From Trichosphaerium sp. ATCC 40318 (lineage: Eukaryota > Protista > Tubulinea): a stretch of 64,000 nt of DNA. The DNA is taken from the NCBI GenBank assembly GCA_038496445.1, contig JALMLS010000363.1:2737-66736 (forward strand), written 5' to 3'. The translations under genes were made by a program, and so were the position numbers. Under the pieces are notes generated by a model that was given only the letters and a program-made list of their open reading frames with translations, did not search any database and had not been told where the DNA came from. Positions 25,698 to 36,500 of this stretch are shown piece by piece (within the stretch, counting starts at the first letter, position 1; the number at the start of each line of letters is the position of its first letter).

Positions 25698-28611
25698 ATG
25701 AGTTGGGGCGTACCAATACACGGGAATTCGCAAAGTTTCGGTTCAAACGAATTTTGGGATGGCGTTCCTGATGATGCAATGTCAGATATCTACAAGCAGT
25801 TAAAGTACGATTCTTGGTAATTGATAAAAACTTACAGAGAAAAACAAGCCAATTGTTCTTAAATTACGTATTAATAGCACGCATACGCTATTGAATACCC
25901 ATGCAATTAATCTAATCTACTTTAAGACGAGTTAAAATATTTTTTTTAATTTTCCCTCCAAACCAATTAAAATATCTTCACATAGCACAACAACCTCGGT
26001 CAATTGCTCTGACAGGGTTTTTATAATTTTTTTTTTAACGAACCAGAATAAATACCTTAATTTGACACAAACACCTTTGTATCTTGTTTAACTTATTTTT
26101 AATAGCACTGATGATCAAGAACCAGATGAGTTTGATCCACTACAACACCCTGAGAATCCACCAGTAGGTGAAATGTTACTCAATGATCACCTCAATGTAT
26201 CTCAACGACACGGCTTGAACTCGTCTCTCGGGTTTGGTATCTCAAACTCTGGATTATTCGCGCAAGGTAAGATAAGCTCAACAACAAAATTAGGGAGAAT
26301 GGCAGAGACATGTCGTTTTTTTTTAAACCAACGTTCTTTGTCAAACTTTTTTTTATTTTTTTTGACATGACTTTCAATGACATATTGATGGCATTCTAGG
26401 TGGTAGTCAGAATACCAGTTTGTCATTTGGGTTCAATGGAAATCAGTCTCAGCCACAAGCAGAGCAAGCTATCGTGTACGTTGCGCCTTTTGTTGTTGTG
26501 GGTACTAATTTTTTTGTGGAGAAGGAAAGAAGATCCATTGCATGAACAACCAACCCCGATGGAAGTACAAACTTTACCTAAACCAGGAGAGTTTATTGTT
26601 GTACGTTTTGTAATTTTATGAAATGACTATTGACACGTGTGTTTAGCAACTACCTCCAAGGTCAAATCAAGAAACAACACAGTACCTCAAAGCCAAAGGC
26701 GTACGTCTTTCAAGAGTTTGTTGCGTTCGGTCTTTTTTTTGCTTAGTTCTTTTATTACAGCTTATTGAACACATTGCTGGACTTAAAGTAAGCCAAGCGG
26801 AGCAGTTGGAAGACATGCTTAACGTCCAAGCATACTTATTAAAAGAGAGAAAAGTGGATCGCATGGCACGTCTTGCAAGACAACAACAAAGATTAAAAAC
26901 TACAATAATTCACGAGTTAGAAAGGCACGTGTTTTTTTTATTTATTATTGGTGTGACACCTGACATTATTACTCAAGGCTCTATGAGTGTGTTCGTGTTA
27001 TTATATTTGAAGCGGGAAACCTGTTCATTGTTCGACAGCTTATATCACAATTAAATACTCAGAAGGACAGGCTTTTCTTGTACAGTACAGAGTTAGCATC
27101 TGCTATGTCTGGTAAACCTACCCATCTGTACGAAAAAGAAGAGAAACCTTCTCATCTTCACTCTGTCTTACACGTTTTGTTTTTAGTCTTGCTAGTCTTA
27201 TTATAAAGCAACAACCTCTGCCTCAAGTGTTGTTTAAAAAAAAACAGATTGAAGATGTTTATTGTGTTCAACTCATCACTTCTGCAGCTGCACCTATTCA
27301 AGAGTTCTCAGTGTACGTATTATTATACGTAAATTATGTGCTCTTATGTTAACAATACAATCAAGTGTTGTAGCCAATATAACAGCACGTCCAGATGATA
27401 AAGCAAAAGGGAAATTGCCTTCTCTTGCAAATGGCTTAACAGATAATAAACAAGCTATGGATAGAATAGTACATAAAGCCATATTCCAGACTATGAAGGT
27501 TACTGTCTCTACACGTATGCATATGGTATACGCCAAATTTTCAATGCAGGTACGGACGACATGATCTGATAAAAAAGATAGAAAGCCTTAAGTTTTTTTT
27601 AGATCAAGTCTGAAGACGTTGCACAACAGATTGAGAGTCCTCATAGCTTTCCATTTATTGTAATTACAAATGAAAGTCAATGGTGTGACGCAGCTAGAAA
27701 GTTAGTTCTTGAAGATGCGTTTGCAGGCAACCGTAAGTGATACTTTCCTTCAAACATATGAGAGTTTTTTGTTGACTGTTTTTTATTTTAGACCAAGCAC
27801 AGATTCCTTTTGCTCAGTTTGCGAATGTATTTCACAGCCATTTCTTAACGGCAACGCGCCAATCTGCAAGTGATCCTGCTCGGCCATTACAACACTACGA
27901 GTTTAAATACCTACACAAAAAGTTCTTCAGTACGTTTTGGTGTCAATCTATGTTATTTTCAAAAACTGAGCTTTGTAAACTTTTTCATCACGTCTAACTT
28001 GGTCTTGCAGATAATGATCAACAAATAACACGTGCACAAGCATCCACAATGTGGGCTTGGATAGGACCTGTATTACAGTCAATAAGGTTTAAGAGGCACA
28101 TTAGTTCGTTATGGACTAAAGGATACATTTTTGGTTTTTTCACAAAGGAGGCTTGCAACAAAGCATTAGCTAGGCAGCCTGTTGGTACATTCATGATCAG
28201 ATTCTCTGAGAGTAAACCAGGTACGTTGTCTTTTGATGAACTTCACGTGGCTTTTTTTTTTTTCATTCCACGTGGAATGTCTTTTTTTGAGTTGCTGTTT
28301 TCAGTCATTTTGATTTTGTTGTTGAATTGTGTTGACGGGTTTTTTTAGGGCTTTTTGGTGTTGCGTATGTTTCTACAGATGCTAAAGATCCTGTGAAGCA
28401 TTATCTCGTTAAGGCTGAGGATATTGGATCTAACAAATCATTGCCTGATTTCATTCATGAAAAACAACAATTTAAAGATCTTGTTGTTATGAAGCCTGGT
28501 TCTAATAGCATGTATAGTTGTCCTAAAGATGAGTTGCTAAATGAAATGTACTCAAAACGTACAAAATCAGGTGGAAGTGGACCACCAACTGGTTATAGTG
28601 CATTGCAATAG
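25698..28611 (+). CDS. STAT transcription factor, Dictyostelium/amoebozoan type (coiled coil, DNA-binding domain, SH2, terminal Tyr)
   Basis: SFPFIVITNESQW, WAWIGPVLQSIRFKRHISSLWTKGYIFGF, SH2 GTFMIRFSESKPG, C-terminal PTGYSALQ. Confidence 0.9.
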
Positions 28612-28771
28612 GACAGACTTAAAATCTCATAAATTTTTTCGAAAAAGTTGTTAATTTCTGTGTTGCTTTAACTGAACAAAAAAACAAAGACAAAAAAAAA
28701 CCACCTTCCAAACCCTCTGACTAGACTCTATGATTGTAATAAAAATAAAAAATAAAGTTTATTGTTATATC

Positions 28772-29712
28772 TTATTTGTCTTTCTTTTGTTTTTTCTCTA
28801 CAACCACTGTTGGTGATAGTAGATTAACAAGTGCAGTGTTTTGAAGACCTCCTTCAACAAATTCATCTTTCGTTATAAAAGCGTCATCGTCTGCATCACA
28901 TTTTTGTAGTGTAAGCTTTGCAAATGCTTCTGCTGCTTTTACAGATCTACCACGACCTATTTGATTATTGTTAGTTACAAGGTGTTCTTGCCAGGTTGGA
29001 AAGCAAATTCACAAAAAATGAGAAAAACTAAAAGCTAAAGTTTGTGTATTTATCTGCCGTACCGATAGCAACTGCTTTGATTTGTTCTATTATTTGTTGT
29101 GCTTGGTTCCAATTGAGTTTACCTTGATTATCAACATCAAAAAGTTCAAACCTATTGGAGCGTAAATGAGTGCACACACGTGCACTTCAAAAGTAGTTTT
29201 CGGGTTTTTTTGACTTGAATTTTGTATTGTTAGAAGACGCACATGAACACTAATTTTTCTCTTGGCATTCCTCTACCGACAATTGAGAGCGATGTGGCAA
29301 GTTCTAAACAAAAAATGGATAAGAAGTCTCAAAATGCTTACAAGCGCTACCATTGAATGACACAGTGCCGTTACCATCCGCGTCGAATGCCTAAGCGTTA
29401 AAGTATTGTTATTTCTTTGTTTCGGGTCAGTTTTATTGTAGTTTTACCTCAAACAAGTTCTCATACGTGCTCTTTGCACAGTTCTTCATAACAGACTCCA
29501 TAACTTGCTTAAATTCGGCTTTTTTGGTGTGAATCGCTTCAAAAATCAATATACTAGGTAGATGCACCTCTGTCTAGGTCTCCAGACTTGTCTGTGTCCT
29601 TTTTTTTAAATGCTTTGTGTAAAGCGGTTAACTCTCCCTTATCGAAGCTTGTGCTGAGTATGAGATCATCAATGTCTTCCTTAGATATCTTTCTACCCGA
29701 TTTATTTCCCAT
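28772..29712 (-). CDS. EF-hand calcium sensor (NCS/frequenin or calcineurin B-like), possibly N-myristoylated
   Basis: Start MGNKSG; EF loops DTDKSGDLD, DADGNGTVSF, DVDNQGKLNW, DADDDAFITKDEF. Confidence 0.85.
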
Positions 29713-30064
29713 TGTGTGTATTTATAGTCGTTTTAGTGTATGATCAACAATACACAAAAAAGTCGAAGTCAATGACAGTCGTGTTCTTCAGAGTTTTGCA
29801 AATATAAGCTGTTTGAAGTTCAATATAGAGTTGAATTCATATGAATGATATGGTAAAAATAAATAATAATTATGTTGTGAGAGGCATGTTAGTTGTGGTG
29901 CGTTTGGTTTGCACGTGACTTTCAAAGAGCAATCACTTAATAAAAAAGCTTGTTTCAAACACGTGATTTTTGGATTATTATTGTTACTCCCATTGTAGTT
30001 AACTTGGTTTGTTTGTTTTACATTGAGTTTATTTAAATAAATACTTAGTTGATTTTTAATCTTG

Positions 30065-31105
30065 TTATTCATTTCGTCTACCTGTAAAGGTATCTTTAAA
30101 CTTTTTATGCCAATCAATATCCCCAATTCCTTCTTCGTCTCTTATAAAATCATCCAAATCAACATCACCAATTGTACGTAGTTTAAGGGCATATCCAAGT
30201 TTATACATTTCATTTTCTGTTGCTGGCAATGCCATCAAGTTATCTCCAAACAAGTACCGCTAAAAGCAAATAAGCTTAAAAACAATGAAAAAAAATCGTT
30301 TCAACTTTTTGCAATGAAACTGAAGTTGACTTGTTGTAAAAAATTGTACATTGTATGCATCGAAAGGGCTTGATCCAGAAGGTTGACCAGAAGCTTGTAA
30401 TGTGTCTTACACTCCAATGTTAGCATAGCGTAAAACAGTTGTTTGTTAGTCGTACTTGATTCTAAAATATCAACGCTAGGGTCACTGTATTGTATACCAA
30501 CAGCATTAGGATTTCCAAGCGTATACACACCTAATCCATTAAGGCAGTGAGCTCACCGAAATCAACAAAAATATTGGGTACCTTTTGGTACTCTAGCTAC
30601 CATATTATGGCTATCTATTAAGTAGTATAAGCACACGTGACTTTCCAAAAATAGAACCAAAAATCAGAAAGCAAGTTTGTTGACAAACCTAAACGAAATT
30701 TCCTTATTTGACTTTCGAACCCCATTGGATCAACATGCAGCTCAAAAAAAGCGTCCTCACGTTCCTCTGGTCTAACGACTAAAGAGAGTACATCATTACA
30801 CTGGCGCTCAAGTAAAAGAAAACCAAGAAAACAATGTGCAAGATAACGTACGGATCAAAGAAGATAGATAAAAGTGATTAAGATTCCTAGATCCCAGGCC
30901 TGCCAATAGCGATGCAATACCTCTAAAGTAGTGTTAGACGTATCATACAACAGCAAGGGATGCTCGTACGTCGGTGGAAGTCCATTAGCTACAAAATAGA
31001 GGCTAGCTGCGTACAGCGAGAATTCCACTCCTGTTTATTTGGTTTTTTGTTAGTTATACTTGGGTTTAAACGTATTTGCTATGTTTTTATACCTGTCAAC
31101 GCCAT
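30065..31105 (-). CDS. Hypothetical multi-exon protein (~240 aa), no family recognised
   Basis: Open exons flanked by GT/AG sites (VRPEEREDAFFELHVDPMGF; VYTLGNPNAVGIQY; YLFGDNLMALP...RRNE*); 5' exons uncertain. Confidence 0.55.
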
Positions 31106-31214
31106 TTTAGCCGCGTTAAATTGTATTTCATCTCGTTTGAACACTACAACGCGTGTAGATAGATAACGTTCTGTTTACGCGCGTTAATGGTATTTGTACT
31201 GTTAAAAAGGCAAA

Positions 31215-31520
31215 ATGGCGTTTTACGTACTGACATTATTGATTACTGCACGCCTATGTACTGGTCGGGTGTGTTTCGAGCTATTTAGTTTAGTTTTGAC
31301 CAAAAAATATTCGTTGTACCTACAGTAGAGTTGCGGTACGCGACTTATTCTAGCAGTAAAACGCAACGCCATCACATAAACGATCTGAATGTTAATTGTC
31401 CGAAAAACCGGCCGAGCTAACTTAATTACACCCGGTTAAGGCATAGGTCGAGTGCTGGTAACATAATAGCTTGAGTATTCAGTATGTTGTCACAGGCAAG
31501 GAAAGAGAATGTGGCGTTAT
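31215..31520 (+). ncRNA. Candidate structured RNA: long rod-like stem rich in G-U pairs, family unknown
   Basis: Nested complementary segments 31225-33/31479-87, 31244-51/31452-60, 31252-59/31441-48, 31263-73/31427-37 and 31306-13/31386-93; deviations from Watson-Crick pairing are almost all G-U on the + strand. Confidence 0.55.
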
Positions 31521-31604
31521 CACAATTGCAAATAATTTATTTTACTTTTTTATGTTTGCTAGTTATTATTATGTCTATCACGTGTTTTTTGTTTATTTTT
31601 TTTG

Positions 31605-33372
31605 CTACACGGCGTTATCAACGCTAATGACAACAGTCTCAGCATTAGTTCCAATATTTCCTCTATTGTGTTGTGCTCTATATCTACTGCTGCGTCTTCT
31701 CTTAAGTCTAGAAAGTGGTCAAAAACAGTACCAATAAATCAAATTGATCAACAATGATTGGTGTTTTGGAATTATCGAATATTTTTAGACTTACGATTGC
31801 GGTAGTAGTTTGTCAAACATTACAGTTCGTTTGTGAAGCATGAACACAAATCCTGTTAATATAGTTGAAACACCTGTTATGATGACTAGATAGTAGGTCC
31901 ATCTACAGAATGAGTAGTTAGTATTGCTTTTTTATTTTTTTATAGTACCCATATCGTGGTTTCAAGAATACTGTCACACCGTCTCTACCTGGGAATGGAA
32001 TCTACATATTATTACTCATAATTTTAACTCTAATTTTATGTACTTGTAGCTTAGTAGACATGTCAGATAACGAAGACCAGAGAATACAAGACAACACTAA
32101 CAATGAACCTAGGATTATTTTGTTAGTAGAAAATATCTTATTTTTAAAGGTGTTAAGAACACCACCATGTGCGATATGTAGTGCGTACCAAATACAACTG
32201 AGAATATAGAAAAAGCTATGAGTTTCCTTAGATACATCATAACATTCGCTACGATCCACAACGGAAACGTTATCCTAAAGGGTTCAAAAATTAAAAAACG
32301 GAAGAAAAAAAAGTTGTCTTCAAGCTTACCATAGGAGGAAAAACACATAATTGCTAGCTTCACGATAACAACGCCTTACTCTTAAGCGTCCACCGTCAAA
32401 TGTAAAGTATTCCAATACATGAAGAATGGGCAGTGGTATACCCGTCTCTCTTTGGTAGTATAAGTAGTAACCCGATAATATCACGTGATATGCACGTGAA
32501 AACTCGAACTATTTTCAGGAAATGGCGAACTTCTTTTTGCTTAAAACGCACCTTGCTTTAACGTATTCTTTAATCGTCTTAGACGCTATCAAGCGTGAGG
32601 GATTGCAATATTAGTTATGAAGTTACCTAGTGCTGTGCTTGCTGAATAGTCCATTCGTCCTTGTACAGAGCCTAATTGAAATCTTTCATTGTAATAAACT
32701 GATCCATTTAGTCTTCCACTTGGACCCGATACTGTTCTGTATATGCGTTATATATCGCAATCATACTAAAAGAACACAACTTACCCATCTAGAGTTACAT
32801 TGAAGCGACCAATACCAATGTGAAGGCCTTAGTGAGCCATCGTAAGAATTAAATTACAAAATTACATTTCTGTACCAATCTTTCCTGTGAACGTTGTTGC
32901 TTCTATTTAAATCGGTCAATTCCGTAAGATACGGACTCTCGCATAGTAGTGAAACGTACCAGCAGAGCTAAACTGAGTCATAATGTCAACACGGTCACTT
33001 TCCCACTCAACGCCGAAAACACCAACTAATAGGCTATATGAGCTGTTTTGAGAGCCATCGGTATAAATAACGTACGAACAATAGCGCAGCCAATGCCCAA
33101 ACTCAAGAATGACCCCAAAGCTATCCAATGAGGCCTCTAAAACAAAAAATACTGTAAATCACGTTTTTTTACTTTTGTTCAGTCCAGAATAACCGAACAA
33201 AGTTGCTCTTGGCATTCAGTACCTTAAAACTTGGTAATACAAGCAATATTGCAACATATACTGTAACAAACCAAACAAGAACTGCTGCTACGTCCCTGTC
33301 ATTGTGTGCTCCAGCGAATAGAGATCCATACAATGTAGGGAGACCACCACGATTAGTTAAATCGCGATCCAT
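31605..33372 (-). CDS. DUOXA: Dual oxidase maturation factor (DUOXA family)
   Basis: PTLYG N-terminus, TM ending ILLVLP, GLHIGIGRFNVTL, YYNERF, GIPLPILHVLEYFTFDGG, GRYYREAS, FPLWIVANVM, WTYYLVIITG: hallmark DuoxA motifs. Confidence 0.88.
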
Positions 33373-33500
33373 TCAAGATTAGCTCCACTACCTCCTAGTA
33401 GTTCTTAATTCTTGCACAAAAGTTTCCCACGCAAAATCACGCTTTTCAGATCACGGGCCGACACTTGAAGTGAAAATGAATCATATGACGTTTTAAAATA
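33373..33500. promoter_or_regulatory. Putative bidirectional promoter shared by DUOXA and DUOX
   Basis: Only ~128 bp between the divergent ATGs (33372 minus, 33501 plus); contains repeated CACG words. Confidence 0.6.
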
Positions 33501-36500
33501 ATGAACATGATACAACATAGGAAGGTTATCCTTATAATCGGAGTATTATGCTCGATAATTGGTGAGTCTGTTGTATATTCTTGAATAATCTTTCCATCTG
33601 TATCTCTATTTGCTTGTTTAAAGCCTTAAACTAACTAAAACCGAAGCGGGTGATCTTCTAGGCGAAGAAAGACGATCTTTTAATGGATGGTATAATAACT
33701 TGGAGCGTTTATCATGGGGAGGCACTTGTACGACACGTTTATCGGTGGAAATAAGCGATGTGTGTCTAACTTTATATTTCTTTGTTGTAGTTACGCCTCT
33801 ATCTCGAAGAGTTAAATCTGCATACCAAGACGGCGTTTCTAAGCCTCAACAAGGGCTACCGAACTCAAGGTATAAAAAAGCCTAACAAATAACAAAACAC
33901 GTGATATTTCACGTGCCAATTGAGTTACCCTTTTTTGTGATTTACGTAACAACTTACAACGCGATAAGGTTTCTTAGCGAAACACTGTTTTCGACTACAG
34001 AGCCAAGACAGGATCAAACTGGACTTAATGTACTCGCCGTGTTCCATGGTGCGTTTTTGTTCTACCCGACAATCACAAATTAATGGGCAATGTTTAGGGC
34101 AACATGTGGTTGATGAAATTGTAGATACACGGTATGTGACGTCACAGAAACAAGAATTTTCTTTTCTGTACTGATATTTGCATAAGAGTAGCATCATGTC
34201 CTCTTGGATACACACATATCGCGTTAAATGGGTCAGATCCCATCTATGGATCAGCAGAGTATATTCCAATGAGAAGGTAAGGAATTTTTGTATTTGGCCA
34301 AACGTTGTGTTAACTGAATTAAACATCAGATCTGCTTATGATCTATCAACTGGTAAAGGACCGAATAGACCAAGACAGCAGGTAAGCAATATTTAAAAAT
34401 CCGATTACCATGTTACATTAGAGTCTAAACAATGTTTGTTTTATGTAAATCTTTTCACGTGTAACTTGTCATTTAGATAAATCATGTATCAGCTTGGCTT
34501 GATGGTAGCAGTATATACGGTTCGGAAAAGACTCTATCAGACTATATAAGAAGTAAGATATTCCTACACAAGTTGTAATATGGCTAATTTCTTCCGTCAG
34601 ATTTCGATAAAGGAAGAATGACAACAGCAAATGCTGAAGTATGTTTAAACAATTAATCGCCAACATTTTTCTCTAACTTTTTTTTAAAGTACGTTCTCAC
34701 ACGGTCATACCCTCAAAAGAATACGAAAGGACTACCACTTCATGACTTTCCAGCACCAGCATACGATAATGGAATGCCTGACGAGTCTACATTATTCTGT
34801 AAGTGACAAGCTCTCCGTTTCTTCACATTAATCGTTTTCTAGTGATGGGTTCAAAGCGAGCAAATGAAAACCCTCTTAGCATTGCTCTTGGCATGGTGTG
34901 GTTAAGAAGACATAATTACCATGCAGACGAGTTTAGGATGGGTAACGATGGATTCTCTGACGAACTTGTATTCCAACAAGCGCGTCAATGGACAGTGGCA
35001 GAATACCAAGTAATCCATCCATTCGAAATCTTGCTTAACCTTAACTTGTTTTATAGCACATTACTTTGTATGAATGGCTTCCTGCCTTTTTGGGTATATC
35101 AGCAAGTGATATACCAGCTTATACAGGGTATAAACCAGACATCAATCCTGCAATATCTCATGTGTTCACTATGGCAATGAGGTTTGGCCACACGGTACAA
35201 CTTCTTCAAAAACCAAATGCTTTGTGTTTCCACAATTTTATCGTTCTTGTACTCACGTTTCTTTAGCTTGTGCCTTCTGAGTTTTACACTGTTGACGCTG
35301 TTTGTGAGTCTAAAAGCCCGTTCAGAATGTGTAACTGGTTTTGGCGCTCAGAAGAGTTTTTTGAAGGAGGTGAAGCTCCTCTTGAAGATATTCTTCGAGG
35401 CATGGTATTCCAACCAGCATCAAGAGGAGATGTTCAAATAGTAGAAGATCTAAGAGGATATCTATACGGACACTTGGACTTCACAAGAAGGTACTAGCAA
35501 TACTTCACGTTAACCAGAAAACTGGTTCTTGTTCCCTTACTATAAAGTTTTACTTTGTTAACTTTTGTTGATTGTAGCGATTTAACGGCCAAAGATATCG
35601 AAAGAGGTCGTGATCATGGTATCCCTACATACGGCGAAGCAAGGGAAATACTTGGTTTGAGTAATACAGGAAATTGGACTGACGTTATTGGTCCACATGC
35701 TGTAAGCTTCAAGTTGTTCTTTTCCCTCATTCCTACCTTTTCGTTGCTGACGAGTTTTCGACAAAATTAGGACCTTGATGCTTTGCAAAGTATTTACGGA
35801 AACAGTTTTGACGATGTAGACTTTTTCGTCGGCGGTACGACTGTCAAGTGTTACTAGTTTTGTAATTGACTTATTTTTAGGCATGATGGAAACTACTGCT
35901 GATGGTAAACCTGGACCTACTTTCAGACGTGTCATACTTGACCAATTTGTCGCATTACGTGTATGAATGGTACCCTTTGTTAAATTGTTTTTGACTTTGT
36001 TTTTTTAGGATGCTGACAGGTTTTGGTATGAGAACACTGCTGAGCTTCATGGGTATGTAGATTTGTATGATGTGTGAGTTAAATCTAATTGTATTAGACA
36101 CTTGACAGAAGCGGAGATAGAGCTTGTTCAGAACACAAGTTTGATGGATGTTTTAGAACAAGTCTCTGTATTGAAACTGCCTATCGATAAGGTAAACACT
36201 TCGGTTTTGATTAAATGACAAATGTTTATCGAATTTCGTTTTTTAGTGGGCTGCTTTTACTTCTGGAGGCACTTGGCAGGAGTGTCCACTATTGGCTAAC
36301 GGCACTATGGAACCTTGTGTACCACCAAGATTAATGGACTGGTACAATAAGAGGTACTATATATTCTTTTCAAATGACGACAACAGAAGAACTTCTGACA
36401 CGTGATTTTCATTTAGTGAATATCACATATGGATTATTATATGTGTTATTGGTGCTTTTGGTTTATTCTGTTTCTTGGCACTTAGATACCTCGTTGCACA

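Noticed and set aside
30850-30985. Apparent in-frame TGA (selenocysteine or recoding) in the orphan gene
   Set aside because: A different frame with an alternative acceptor (ctctttag) gives an open reading; no SECIS identified; other genes use TGA as stop
31215-31520. Assignment as SRP (7SL), RNase P/MRP or telomerase RNA
   Set aside because: Size fits, but the diagnostic motifs (helix-8 AGG..GNRA..AGCAG, Alu UGUNR, CR-I/CR-V, telomeric template) were not found by eye
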